Positions 38,850-50,056 are shown, counted from the first letter of the stretch. The stretch: 64,000 bases of DNA from Promethearchaeota archaeon (GCA_016839585.1 JAEOTZ010000058.1:1-64000); one strand, 5' to 3'. Notes: generated by a model from the sequence alone, not told the origin. Made by a program: numbers and translations.

Positions 38850-40006
38850 CTAAAACCAATCACTCATTTTAGTTTGAGGTTCAAACAAATCTTTCTTTAA
38901 ATCCCCGTTTTTATACTCCCTGCTCTAGAATTTGTCATTACTTTATCTTTTTCAGGAATTAAAGCTAAGATATCAATTCTTTTATAATGACTCCCTTTTA
39001 TTCTTTTAACCATTTTTCCCGAGCTAATTTCCCAAATAATGATATCGGATTCACAACTAGTTGCCACATATTTTCCATCTGGGGAAATAGCAAAATGTGA
39101 AAATCATATATTTTCTTCCAGTTTTCCATTAATCGACCTAATAAGATCTCCCGTTTGTATTTTCCATATTTTTAAAGCGTTTTTCTCGTTGGAATATCCC
39201 GCTGAGCTGCTAATTAGTGTTTTATCATCTATAGAAGTTTTAATATCGCCAATTTCGTAAGGATGTTCTTCAATCTTTCTGATAAGCTTTTTATATTTTA
39301 GACTAAAAATAGAAATGGTCTTATCAAACGAACTACAAATTAAAAAATTGCTACTTGGAGATATATGTATATTCGTAATATGTCCGCTATGTGGCAATTT
39401 AATAGTATCCCGTCTAAAAGTCTTAAAATCGTAAATGTTAACCTCCGATCTCCATCCACCTCCAATGACTAAATGTTCGACGTCAGGAGAAATGGCGACA
39501 TGATTTACTTCTCTATTATAATCACTAATAGTTCGCACTAAATCACCTGTTTCAATATCCCAGATTTGAGCATTATTAGCTTTGGGGTTGAATTCACTGC
39601 TCGATCCCACAACTATTTTTTTTCCGTTTTTCGATATTGCAACGGCAGTAAAGGATGATTCTTCCTCATTGTAAATGGTTTGAATAATTTTTCCAGTTCT
39701 TAGTTCCCATACTCTTACGTAATTGTTAGAATACCCTACTACAAGTCTATCATCAGAGGATATAACAAACCCGTTTGAAACACCAGTTAGACCTTCTAAT
39801 GTTCTCACAAAGTTTCCAGTACTGAATTCCCATATCTTTATGGTTTGATCCCATGAACTAGTTAAAAAGTATTTCCCATCATGAGTAAAAGAAATACAGC
39901 AAATTTGTTTATTGTGCCCAAAATTGGAAGTTAAACGGAATCCTTTGATTAAACCTTGCTTTTGTTCCACATATTCCTTAGGATGCTTTAAATATTCTTG
40001 TTGCAT
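38850..40006 (-). pseudogene. WD40 beta-propeller gene with nonsense TGA and a later 1-nt deletion
   Basis: WD repeats continue in frame after TGA 39104-39106 (FSHFAISPDGKYVAT...IIIWE); ACGGGGAT near 38905 is one base short of TWD; shifted frame ends at TAG 38850. Confidence 0.8.
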
Positions 40007-40139
40007 AGCGAATTTCTCTTAAGTTTTTTGTCTTATATTTGTATAGGATACTCAAAATTATAAATTATTTTAAATCCTTGAGTGCTGAATTTTTCTGATA
40101 TATATCAATAAACAATTAAATTTTACTTTTTTTAACTTT

Positions 40140-40328
40140 TCTTGGGCTTCTGAAGAGACAACTAAAATTATACAAGACCTTAATGATAAATGGTGGGAAA
40201 TTGAACGTCCCCTAAGAGCTTCTATAGTTATATGTCCCATATGCAATAGACATAATAAGAATATGGTGTATCATAAGAAATCTAAAACGTGGTTCTGCGA
40301 GGAGCATTATATAGTACAGGTTAGTTAA
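40140..40328 (+). pseudogene. 5'-truncated Zn-finger gene, paralog-like to 50057-50497
   Basis: LRASIVICPIC...KNMVY...WFCEEHY versus LNSSILRC...KDMVW...WICINCY; no start codon found. Confidence 0.55.
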
Positions 40329-40596
40329 GTAGAAATAATGTATGTAGACACAATAGATCATATACTTCCAATAATGAATACAAAATTCCCCTCCAAATAC
40401 CTTACACTTTTTATTTTGTAATTTTATCGCTTTTTTTTCAAGATCAAAATGTCGCCATAGTTAATTTATTGACCAACTGTAAAAAATTATTAATAATAAT
40501 TTTAATAATAATTATAAGAAAATTAATATAATAATTCTCATTGAATTCGTACAATTATTAAAGATATTAAAAAAATTTATAGACGAGGCGTCGATA

Positions 40597-41004
40597 TTGA
40601 AAGACGTTAAAATTATAACTATTGACAATCGTGGTAGAATTGTCATCCCTTTGGTTACTCGTAAAAGTTTAGGTCTTACAACTAATACTCAATTAATGTT
40701 AGTGAGTGACTCAGAAACTAAAGAGATAAAAATAACACCAGTAGGTATTTCAGAGGAAGAGAAGCCAATAAAATTCAGGATCACTATGGAGGATATCCCA
40801 GGAGCTTTAGCTAAAATTGCTACAACTTTTGGAGAGATGGGGATTTCTTTAATATATGGTGAGTCTGTAATTGTAGAGAAGGATAAAATAGCGATTTGGA
40901 CTGTGATTAGTCCCACTCCAAAAGAAATTACTTTGGAGGAACTAAGAGAGAAGTTAATAGAAAACGGAGAAGCGCTTAATGTTGAGGTTCTTCCATTAGA
41001 TTAA
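40597..41004 (+). CDS. AbrB/MraZ-type DNA-binding + ACT domain regulator
   Basis: IDNRGRIVIP...RKSLGL; DIPGALAKIA ACT motif. Confidence 0.85.
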   Translation: MKDVKIITIDNRGRIVIPLVTRKSLGLTTNTQLMLVSDSETKEIKITPVGISEEEKPIKFRITMEDIPGALAKIATTFGEMGISLIYGESVIVEKDKIAIWTVISPTPKEITLEELREKLIENGEALNVEVLPLD

Positions 41005-41051
41005 ATTAGAAATAATTATAAAGGCTGTATTAGACATAGAGGTTAGTGTAA

Positions 41052-41795
41052 ATGGGTAAAAAGAAAAAAAAAGCACAAAAGAAAGGAAAAATACAAGAAA
41101 AACCCGAACAGGATGCAGAGGTTGCAGGTTATCGATTAGGTAATGCTTTACAATCAGCAAAAAAAACGGAAACAACCTTACAAACTTTATTAAAGGGAGT
41201 ATCTGAAGGAGATGGATTTGTATATCCGAAAAAAGAAACACAAAGGATTAAACCACAGTTATCACATGAGAGTAAAAGAAGAATAGCTGAAACTTATGTA
41301 CTGGAAGATGTTCCTATAACTGAACAACTATTAGTTAAAAAAGGTGCAAGAACTCCAATAACGACGGTAGGTAAACCAACCCAACCTCCTATTACATCAA
41401 CAAAAGTAGAACCTTCCTTTATTAAAAAGGAAAATATCTATAAAAGATTAGCTGAATTTTTCGAAGAATTATTAAATGGGTATACAGAGAGATATAATCG
41501 CTGGGAAAATTCAATATCTGGTATTTTAGGTATAATACGTAAAATGCGTAAAATTACAAAGAAAAATACAGAAGATCTAGTCGAATCAATCAAGAATTTG
41601 TATGAGAAAATTCAGATAAATTTGGAACAGTTCAAAGTAAAACGCAAAGAGGTTGAGAAAGTAGCGGGAGTAGATATTGAATCAATGTCAAATGAATTTA
41701 AACGAGTTTTAGGAATACTTGAATTGCAAATAAAAGAATACCAATTAAAGAAGGTAGTAGATGACTATATACATGAACAAAAACAATTGATTTAG
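41052..41795 (+). CDS. coiled-coil protein
   Basis: Lys-rich N-terminus, long heptad C-terminal half. Confidence 0.8.
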   Translation: MGKKKKKAQKKGKIQEKPEQDAEVAGYRLGNALQSAKKTETTLQTLLKGVSEGDGFVYPKKETQRIKPQLSHESKRRIAETYVLEDVPITEQLLVKKGARTPITTVGKPTQPPITSTKVEPSFIKKENIYKRLAEFFEELLNGYTERYNRWENSISGILGIIRKMRKITKKNTEDLVESIKNLYEKIQINLEQFKVKRKEVEKVAGVDIESMSNEFKRVLGILELQIKEYQLKKVVDDYIHEQKQLI

Positions 41796-41844
41796 TAAAT
41801 ATATTACCTATACTTTTATAAAATAAAATATTTTAGGATTTCAA

Positions 41845-43044
41845 ATGAATATGTCATCTAAGAGCAATGACCAATTACGTCCATTGATTATTGACATTGG
41901 AAGTAATAGATTTCGCCTTGGATGGGCTGGTGATGACTTTCCTGATATTATTACTCCTAGCGTATATGTCGATATTAATGATTACTTATTTACATCTGAA
42001 GTTATTGATGGATTAGAAGACATTTTTATTGATAAGGAAAATGTTCAGAATCATTTATTCGGAAATGATGCTTTAAAGTATCAAAATATTTTAAAAATTC
42101 ACGAGTTCAAGAAAGTAAATAATTATACTATACTTACCAAATTCTTTTATTATTATTATCAACAATTAGATATATCTGAAGAATATCAATTCAAACAACC
42201 TATTATTATTATTACTCCGTTTTTTATGCCTGAATTGACACAAAACAAATTAAAAGAAATCTTTTTTGATATTTTTGGGTTCCCATCTATTTTGTTTTTA
42301 TCTGAAACTCAGGCAATTCTTTCCACTTTACAAAAAACAAGTGGAGTAGTTTTAAATATGGGGGAATCAAATACGTATATTTCAACAATTTTTCATGGAT
42401 TTACAAATGTAATGGCGAGGGATATTTTTCCAATTTCAGGCAAAGATTTAACAAATCATCTTCTTAACATGATTTTAACAAAAAAGAGTTCTAAAATTAC
42501 CATTTATCTTGATTATATGACAGCTAAAGAGATTAAAGAAAGATTATCATTATGTGTTCTTGATCCGATTGGAGAGATGAAGCGAGTAAAATCTGGATTG
42601 GCAATGTATAATAGAAATGTTAACTTACCAGATGGTTCCAATATAGAGATAAATTTAGAAAGGTTTATGCTTATTGAACCCATATTTGATCCAACATTAA
42701 TTCATATAGATTATATTGGTTTGGGAGAAACAGTATCAAAAGTCATAAAAACATGGGATCGGGAGAATTGGGAAGAGCTAGTGCCAAATATCATTCTCTC
42801 CGGAGGAGGAAGTCTGGTTCCTGGATTAGATAAAAGATTAGAATTAGACCTGTCAAATTATTTTTCAACTAAAATAAGAGATAAGATTAAAGTAACAGCA
42901 GCTTCTGGTAGAGAAAATATGGGCTGGATTGGGGGGAGTATTTTATATTCTCAAGGGAAATTAAAAAAGGGATGGGATGATAATCCAACGTTTAAAACAT
43001 TAAAAGGACAAAATTTAGAAAATAATAATCAAAATCCAAATTAG
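41845..43044 (+). CDS. actin-related protein (divergent Asgard ARP)
   Basis: IIDIGSNRFRLGWAGDDFP, TSGVVLNMGE, SGKDLT, EIKE, LPDG, ERF..EPIFDP, IILSGGGS, WIGGSIL. Confidence 0.92.
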   Translation: MNMSSKSNDQLRPLIIDIGSNRFRLGWAGDDFPDIITPSVYVDINDYLFTSEVIDGLEDIFIDKENVQNHLFGNDALKYQNILKIHEFKKVNNYTILTKFFYYYYQQLDISEEYQFKQPIIIITPFFMPELTQNKLKEIFFDIFGFPSILFLSETQAILSTLQKTSGVVLNMGESNTYISTIFHGFTNVMARDIFPISGKDLTNHLLNMILTKKSSKITIYLDYMTAKEIKERLSLCVLDPIGEMKRVKSGLAMYNRNVNLPDGSNIEINLERFMLIEPIFDPTLIHIDYIGLGETVSKVIKTWDRENWEELVPNIILSGGGSLVPGLDKRLELDLSNYFSTKIRDKIKVTAASGRENMGWIGGSILYSQGKLKKGWDDNPTFKTLKGQNLENNNQNPN

Positions 43045-43069
43045 AAATAAAAAACTAAAAATTATATAT

Positions 43070-45655
43070 ATGTCTGTTAGTTTAATTGTCAAAAAAGAAT
43101 TTTTAGAGAATTTTCAAAAGAATATTATCCAAGGACGCAGGTTACTTCAATCAGCGAATCATGTGTGGGCTGATCGTTTATTAACTGATTTATATTTTGA
43201 AATCGAAAAGACAGAATGGTTAGATATTCAAAAAAAGCATCAGTTGATAATGGTAATATCAAATTCATGGTGGATATACTTAAATTCACTTACAAAGAGA
43301 GATGAGGAACAGGTTGATATTGATTTAATAAGATATATTGATGCTTATAAAAGATTTTTCTCATTTTTATCTAAACTGAATGATTTTTACTTATTTGATA
43401 GCTTTTGCACAAACTTACTTAAGACATTTATCAATTTGGAGGAGGTATCTCAAGTAGGAATAACCAAATTCATTAATTCTTTTTCAATAAAGTTAAAAGA
43501 AAGAGAAGAATATCTCAAATTAATAGAATTACAGATTTTATTGATGTTTTTAAGAAAATCTGTTATCCCTTCTGAATATTTCCACTTAAGCATGGAAATT
43601 TTAGGTCGAATATTATTTAAACTAGAACCAGCAAAAAGACCTTTATTTTTATATTTCTTTTTAGAAAATATCTGTTTAAAATATCAACTTATGGAGGATT
43701 CAGCTGAATTTGTAAAAATTATAAACAAAATTTTAGTTAATCGCCTTCCAGGATATTTGAAAAATGAATTTAGTAATATAAGTAGGATTTCAATTAATGA
43801 AAGAAGCTTTAATACTATTTTAGTTGACCTTGAAGAGCTTATATATTATTTAAACGATATTGGTGAATATCTGTGGATCATGATAATTATAAGAAATATA
43901 TTTTACAAAATTCAAGAATATCAGTCATTTGGAGATGCTGTCACTTATATTCGAAAATATATTGATTTTTCAATAAATAGAAACCGATTTGAAATTGCTT
44001 ATGAAATATATGATTTTTTAGAAGATTTATTTATGTTTCAAACAGATCTTTCTTATGATAACATATTAATTGAGCTTTGGGTTGAAGCTTGTAAAAAATT
44101 CGTTGATATGAAAGAAAAAAGATATTTACTTCAGTCTTTAGAAAAATTGAATACTCATTTAAAGATGCCTCAAACAAGTGCTCAAATTTTTCATTATTTC
44201 TATACATGTAATCTACTTTGGAAATTTAAATCAATATTCTTTTCTTTAGAACAACGCGATTTCTGGAGAATGATGTTCTATCGAGCATTATTTGAAGAAA
44301 AAAATTATGATCTAGCTCAAAAAATTCTCCTTCATTTAGATGAAAAATTTATTAAAATTATCACCAATTTAAATACATTGTATAATGAGTCTGAACCTTT
44401 AAAAAATCAGATCTATTCATTTGAAGATGAAATTACTCCAATATACCTACAAGATTTTGTTATAAAACAGATAATCATAAGAATAAACTCTAAAGGTATT
44501 ATTAGTTATCGAATGATATCATTAGATAATCAAATTGTTGAGGGATCAATAGTTACCGAATTTTGGAATGATACTCAAATTCTCGAAATATTTAATGAAC
44601 TGTTTTCTGAATCAGAACATAAGAAATATTTTTTTGATTTCACAGAATACGGTCAGTTGTTTTATATTTTTTTACCTAAATTAGTTAGAGATTTTTTTAA
44701 ATCGTTCAAAATTGAAAGTTTGAATTTAGTACCTCAGATATACTTTATATTGGATAATATGACTATTCCTTTTGATTTAATATATGATAATAATTTTTTC
44801 TTGTTAAAATATTCAACAGGTTATAAAATTGGCGAAGCACCTTTAGGTGGTATTGCTTTTGAACAAATTAGTCAAGAAGAGCCAGAATCTGAACCCTCTC
44901 AAAATATTTGTAATGTATTAATTATTGAAGCTATAAATTCAACGGGTCCAAAAAGATGGAATGAAGATATTAAAAATAAGGAACTGATTTTTCCATTTCC
45001 AGCCGGAGCCAATGAACTAAACTATATAATAAATTTTCTTAATGAGAGAGATGAAGTAAATCAAATAACTCATTTAATTGGAGCAGTTTCAACTCGGGAA
45101 ACAATTCTCTCGCATATATCTGATGGAGCATATCATATCATAATTTTTGTTGGAAACATATTTTATTCTAAATGGAGCCCAAATGATAGTTTTTTCATAA
45201 CTAATGATGGCAATATCATAACAATAAACGAGATTAATAAACTTATAAACCAAAATAAAGCAAATTTACAACCTTTTTTATTTTTTAATGTTCAAATCTA
45301 TAATGTTGAGGGAAAAAAATTAAGAAATGTTTTAAGGAAATTAGGTGAAATTGTAGCTCAATTTGATTATGATAGGATTACAGGTATTATCTCTCGTAAT
45401 TACCCTATTTTTAATGATGAAGCAAATGAGATTATAGCAAATTTTTTCACTTATTTATTTCAAGGGGATAGTCAAGGAATAGCCCTTCTTACAGCACGGC
45501 AACAATGCATCTCTGAAAAAATGATTAAACTAGTTGAAAAACAGTTTAAAGATCTAACAACAGATGATGGAAGTAAACATATTGATTTAGAAAGTAGTTT
45601 AGCTTTATCCAGTTACATCTTGTTTGGAAAGCCATGGAAAAAATTAGTATTTTAA
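43070..45655 (+). CDS. alpha-solenoid + CHAT-like domain protein, probably catalytically dead
   Basis: IPFDLI, GANEL, YHIIIFVGN (His position), FLFFNVQ (Cys position), ALLTARQQ...SYILFGKP. Confidence 0.7.
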   Translation: MSVSLIVKKEFLENFQKNIIQGRRLLQSANHVWADRLLTDLYFEIEKTEWLDIQKKHQLIMVISNSWWIYLNSLTKRDEEQVDIDLIRYIDAYKRFFSFLSKLNDFYLFDSFCTNLLKTFINLEEVSQVGITKFINSFSIKLKEREEYLKLIELQILLMFLRKSVIPSEYFHLSMEILGRILFKLEPAKRPLFLYFFLENICLKYQLMEDSAEFVKIINKILVNRLPGYLKNEFSNISRISINERSFNTILVDLEELIYYLNDIGEYLWIMIIIRNIFYKIQEYQSFGDAVTYIRKYIDFSINRNRFEIAYEIYDFLEDLFMFQTDLSYDNILIELWVEACKKFVDMKEKRYLLQSLEKLNTHLKMPQTSAQIFHYFYTCNLLWKFKSIFFSLEQRDFWRMMFYRALFEEKNYDLAQKILLHLDEKFIKIITNLNTLYNESEPLKNQIYSFEDEITPIYLQDFVIKQIIIRINSKGIISYRMISLDNQIVEGSIVTEFWNDTQILEIFNELFSESEHKKYFFDFTEYGQLFYIFLPKLVRDFFKSFKIESLNLVPQIYFILDNMTIPFDLIYDNNFFLLKYSTGYKIGEAPLGGIAFEQISQEEPESEPSQNICNVLIIEAINSTGPKRWNEDIKNKELIFPFPAGANELNYIINFLNERDEVNQITHLIGAVSTRETILSHISDGAYHIIIFVGNIFYSKWSPNDSFFITNDGNIITINEINKLINQNKANLQPFLFFNVQIYNVEGKKLRNVLRKLGEIVAQFDYDRITGIISRNYPIFNDEANEIIANFFTYLFQGDSQGIALLTARQQCISEKMIKLVEKQFKDLTTDDGSKHIDLESSLALSSYILFGKPWKKLVF

Positions 45656-45755
45656 ATCATTATTTACTTTAAGAGAGTAGCACACTAACAAATATTTATA
45701 TAAATTTAATTTAGATTATTTATTTATAACAATAAATAAAAATAAGTGGATTCAT

Positions 45756-46295
45756 ATGTCCGACAGATTAACAGAACTTAGAATTAAAAATAAATCACTT
45801 AAAGACCAAGTGCTAAGCTTAGAAGAGAAAGTTTTATCATTAGTAGGAATGATTAGCTTAGAAACCTCAGGAGGCCCAAATAAGAAAAATGTGCTAAATG
45901 ATCAACTAATTAATTTAATTCAAGAAACAAAAGAACAACTAAATATTGTGTCTCCTAAAATTGATAAATTATATACAACAGAGTTAAAGAAAGTTGTGAA
46001 AAGAGGTATACCTGTATTAATAATAACTAATGATAGAGGAGGAATTCCACAAGAATATCATGAATTTTATGATGAGCTTAAAGTCACACCCGGAATAAAC
46101 GTAATAAATAATCCAAATGTGAAATACTTATTAGTATTTAATACAGAATTGGCTATTTATGCAGGAGGGTCCTTGGATAAAGAAGAGTTAGAAAGATCAA
46201 TTTTAATTGTTACAATGGTAAAGGAAACATCAAAGTTAAGACAAATTGCTGAAATTTTTAGTCTAATGCTCCCTTCATTCATGAGAGGCAAATAA
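45756..46295 (+). CDS. coiled-coil + PLD-like (TrmB-type) fold protein lacking HKD
   Basis: LNIVSPKI...RGIPVLIIT...AIYAGGSL pattern. Confidence 0.65.
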   Translation: MSDRLTELRIKNKSLKDQVLSLEEKVLSLVGMISLETSGGPNKKNVLNDQLINLIQETKEQLNIVSPKIDKLYTTELKKVVKRGIPVLIITNDRGGIPQEYHEFYDELKVTPGINVINNPNVKYLLVFNTELAIYAGGSLDKEELERSILIVTMVKETSKLRQIAEIFSLMLPSFMRGK

Positions 46296-46356
46296 TTCTA
46301 ACTTTTTTTAATATGATATTTCCTTTTAATTTTAATTGAAGAAAAGGTCAACTTTT

Positions 46357-46518
46357 ATGAATAAAGCTTTGAATGAAAAATCTCAAGTTGTTTTGAAACA
46401 TAACAATATAAAAGAAAATAAGGACAAATCAAAAAGAGTAAAAATTATTGTTGATGAAAATTCTGAATTCGATTGGGATTGGATTTTTGATAGAGAATGG
46501 TTGAGGACAAAAAAATAA
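46357..46518 (+). CDS. small hypothetical protein
   Basis: Short ORF overlapping the MTase start, WDWIFDREW ending. Confidence 0.4.
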   Translation: MNKALNEKSQVVLKHNNIKENKDKSKRVKIIVDENSEFDWDWIFDREWLRTKK

Positions 46519-48692
46519 TTAACTCTAAAGTCATTTTAAACGCTTTTGGATTAAATTCTAGTATTTTTAAAGATTCTTTGAATTTCCTTGAAAAAGAAGC
46601 AGAAATTAATGAAGAAAAATTCCAAAAAAAATTAAAGGTATGGGAATCACTCTTTAAGAGCTTTTATGGAGAAGAAACAGATTCTAAATTATTTATAAAT
46701 CATTCCTATTTTGCTTTAATTTTAAAAATTTTAATTTTGAGTAAATTATGTATCATTCAGAATAAGAATACAGAAGAGATTTACCAATTTATAAAATCTA
46801 ATAACTTTGATGCCTTAAATATTTTTGAGTTTGAATATTTCAACTGGACTCATTTTAATCGATTAATATTTAAAAAAATCTATCATATAATTGAAAAGAC
46901 CAGTTTTGCACGACAAGATTTATTTCAAAGTCTCTATCAACAAATATTTTTAACGCTAATAAGGCATAAAATAGGAGAATTCTATACGTTTCCTAATCTT
47001 GTTAAGAAAATGGTTGATGATTTTTATGAATTTGGGTTAAAAATATTGGATCCATCCTGTGGTTCAGGGAGTTTTCTGATAGATATTGTAATTAGTATTA
47101 TTAATTCGAATAATCCAGATTCCTCAAAAATTGAGGCTATCAATAAAGTCTATGGCTTTGATATAAACCCTTTAGCAACATTAACTGCTAAAGTTAACCT
47201 TTATTTATTATTTTTAGAATATTTTGACTTAAAGAATAATAAATTACCTAAAATTAATATATTTTTATTAGATTCTCTATTTCCTGAACAGTATGAAAAA
47301 AAAATTAATGTAGATATAAAGAAATTATATAATACTTTTGATCTAATTATTGGCAACCCTCCTTGGTTAACTTATAAAGACATACATAGCAAAACCTATC
47401 AAAACAAAATAAGGAGTTTATCAAATAATCTGGGAATTAAACCCCGTAGTCAATATATTACACATATTGAATTAGCAGCCCTATTCTTCTATGCTATTCC
47501 TTTGAAATTCTTAAAAATTAACGGAAAAATATTTTTCGTTATTACTAAAAGTGTTTTAAATGGAGACCATTGCTTTAAATTTAGAGGTTTTTCAATTTTT
47601 AACAATTTAGAAATCTGGGATTTTCCCAAAGATTATTTCTTTAATGTGAACCATGTCTGCTTGAAAGCAAGATATATTAGTAATAATAGTAATATCTCAC
47701 TTTCTGAAAAGTATCCTATTAAAACTAAAATTTTTAATAATAATCTTGAAAATCTAAAAGAAACCTATTATTCAAGCTTGAAAATCGAAAATGATGGTGC
47801 AAAATTATTACTCCCTGAAAAAGAACTAAAAATTATTAGTGAATTATCAAATAGTAAATATAGGAATATGTTTTTCCAAGGAGCTACTTTAGTTCCTCGG
47901 TCATTAGTCTTTTTTCAGATCGAGGGAAAAAAAAATGACTCTCTCGTAATATCTTCAGACCTAGATACGTTATCAAGGGCAAAAAGTAGATGGAAATTTA
48001 CTTTTAAAAATAAAGAAATTGAGAAAATTTTTAGATATAGGACCTTTTTAAATAGAGACCTTGTACCTTTTTGCATAAAAAAATTGAAAAATGTGTTCCT
48101 TCCTATCAATGAGAGTTTTAATTTTGATCAAAAAAATCTTCAGAAATATCCTAAAGCTATGAGTTTCTATAAGGAAATAAACACTCTTTATCAAACGCAT
48201 AAAAAAGAAACTAGTAGCATAAATACTTTATATGAAAATCTAAATTACTGGAATAAATTAAAAAAACAATTCAAATGTAAAAGTTATATTGTTATATACA
48301 ATGCGAGTGGTTCCAATGTTAAAGCAGCTGTTATAAACAATAATAAACAAAGAATTATCATTGGTTCAGAAAATTATTACTATTCAACTGAATCTGAAAA
48401 TGAAGCCTGTTATTTATCAGCTATATTAAATGCTCCTAATTTATCAAAATATATAAAATTAATAAAAAGTTCCAGACATATTCATAAACGACCGTTTATG
48501 TTTCCAATCCCTATATATGATGATAAAAATGAAAACCATAGGTTATTAGCGAAATTAGGGAAAAAATATCATGCTTTTGTTAAAGACCTTGTTGTAAATA
48601 ATCCAAAAATAACTTCAGAAAAAGTTAGAATATTCATTAATCAGAAGTTAATGAAATTAGAACGATTAACTGAAGTTGCTGTTTTTCAATAA
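46497..48692 (+). CDS. N6-adenine DNA methyltransferase with target-recognition region
   Basis: GEFYT, LDPSCGSGSF, GFDINP, IIGNPPW. Confidence 0.88.
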   Translation: MVEDKKIINSKVILNAFGLNSSIFKDSLNFLEKEAEINEEKFQKKLKVWESLFKSFYGEETDSKLFINHSYFALILKILILSKLCIIQNKNTEEIYQFIKSNNFDALNIFEFEYFNWTHFNRLIFKKIYHIIEKTSFARQDLFQSLYQQIFLTLIRHKIGEFYTFPNLVKKMVDDFYEFGLKILDPSCGSGSFLIDIVISIINSNNPDSSKIEAINKVYGFDINPLATLTAKVNLYLLFLEYFDLKNNKLPKINIFLLDSLFPEQYEKKINVDIKKLYNTFDLIIGNPPWLTYKDIHSKTYQNKIRSLSNNLGIKPRSQYITHIELAALFFYAIPLKFLKINGKIFFVITKSVLNGDHCFKFRGFSIFNNLEIWDFPKDYFFNVNHVCLKARYISNNSNISLSEKYPIKTKIFNNNLENLKETYYSSLKIENDGAKLLLPEKELKIISELSNSKYRNMFFQGATLVPRSLVFFQIEGKKNDSLVISSDLDTLSRAKSRWKFTFKNKEIEKIFRYRTFLNRDLVPFCIKKLKNVFLPINESFNFDQKNLQKYPKAMSFYKEINTLYQTHKKETSSINTLYENLNYWNKLKKQFKCKSYIVIYNASGSNVKAAVINNNKQRIIIGSENYYYSTESENEACYLSAILNAPNLSKYIKLIKSSRHIHKRPFMFPIPIYDDKNENHRLLAKLGKKYHAFVKDLVVNNPKITSEKVRIFINQKLMKLERLTEVAVFQ

Positions 48693-48852
48693 AAAATGTA
48701 TATCGAGTTACAAATTATATAAAAAAAAATGGTAGATTTTTAAAAAAAAAATACAATATTCAATAACATTTTATTAGAAAGGTTTTTCTTTAAAGAAATA
48801 TTTTCTTTATTGAAAAAGTGTGATAATACGATAAATGTAATTGTGAAATAAA

Positions 48853-50001
48853 CTGAAATTTGAAGATTTAGGTATTAATAAAAAAAATATTAGCGTTCTA
48901 AAAAGTTTAAATATAAACTCACCTACCCCTGTCCAGAATAAAGCAATTCCTTTAATTCTGAAGGGCCAAAATATTATGGCTCAGGCAAAGACGGGAAGTG
49001 GTAAGACTTTAGCATTTGTTCTTCCAATTTTTGAGCGCTTAGAAGGTATTAGAAATGAGGTACTTATTTTAGCACCCACAAGAGAACTTGCGAAACAAGT
49101 CAACCAAGTAATTAAAGATTTAGGGAATTCAATTATAAAGTCTATGACTATATATGGGGGTGTTTCAATTAATAATCAGATAAGAAAATTGGATCTGGGA
49201 GTTCACATAATAGTTGGTACACCTGGTCGAATTATCGATCTCTATAAAAGGAAGAACTTAAAATTTAATAATATAAGATTTGTTGTAGTTGATGAAGCTG
49301 ATAGATTGTTTGATATGGGATTTGCTCCTGATGTCAAATATATTTTAGATCAAATCAAAACCAACTACCAATTTCTACTATTTTCTGCGACGCTTCATAA
49401 TAATATTAGAGAATTAGTGAAGAAGTATTCTAAAAATAAATTTCAATTCATTAATTTAAGTAGAGATAATTTAACTGTAAGTAACACTAAACAATTTTAT
49501 TATTTGATTGATCGATTTGAAGAAAAATTTAAAACTTTCCTGAAGATATTAAGAAGAGAAAAACCAAAGCATACTTTAGTATTCGTTAATACAAAAAAAA
49601 CTGCAGATTGGCTAAATAGACGGTTAAAATCAACTCATAATTTTTATTATAAAGTGGATATTATTTCAGGAAATTTATCTCAACATCAACGAGAAAAAAT
49701 CTTAAATTCCTTTAGAAATCATAAAATTAATATGCTCATAGCTACAGATGTTGCCTCAAGAGGTTTGGATATTGAAAATATCTCACATGTAATAAATTAT
49801 GATGTTCCTAAATATCCAGACGTTTATGTTCATCGAATTGGGCGAACTTCACGAATGAATAAACGTGGTGTTGCTATTACATTATGTTTAAAAGATGAGT
49901 ATGAATATTTATGCCATATTGAAGGTCTAATTGATAAAGAAATTAGGCAAAAAACATTACAATATCAGGAACAAGAAAGATATCATAATCCTTTTTATTA
50001 A
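48853..50001 (+). CDS. DEAD-box RNA helicase, probable CTG start
   Basis: Q motif (KFEDLG...PTPVQ) lies upstream of the track ATG; AKTGSGKT, PTRELA, DEAD, SAT, HRIGRT; in-frame TGA at 48844. Confidence 0.9.
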   Translation: MKFEDLGINKKNISVLKSLNINSPTPVQNKAIPLILKGQNIMAQAKTGSGKTLAFVLPIFERLEGIRNEVLILAPTRELAKQVNQVIKDLGNSIIKSMTIYGGVSINNQIRKLDLGVHIIVGTPGRIIDLYKRKNLKFNNIRFVVVDEADRLFDMGFAPDVKYILDQIKTNYQFLLFSATLHNNIRELVKKYSKNKFQFINLSRDNLTVSNTKQFYYLIDRFEEKFKTFLKILRREKPKHTLVFVNTKKTADWLNRRLKSTHNFYYKVDIISGNLSQHQREKILNSFRNHKINMLIATDVASRGLDIENISHVINYDVPKYPDVYVHRIGRTSRMNKRGVAITLCLKDEYEYLCHIEGLIDKEIRQKTLQYQEQERYHNPFY

Positions 50002-50056
50002 AAACTAGCTTTAGCATGTAATATTTGGATATTAAAGCTAAATACATTTTTGAAAA

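Noticed and set aside
39104-39106. Selenocysteine or intron at the WD40 TGA
   Set aside because: No redox motif, no BHB or surplus sequence, and a second frameshift lesion downstream: ordinary pseudogene.
40488-40545. AATAATAATT repeats upstream of the AbrB-ACT gene as an operator
   Set aside because: Cannot be distinguished from low-complexity AT background.
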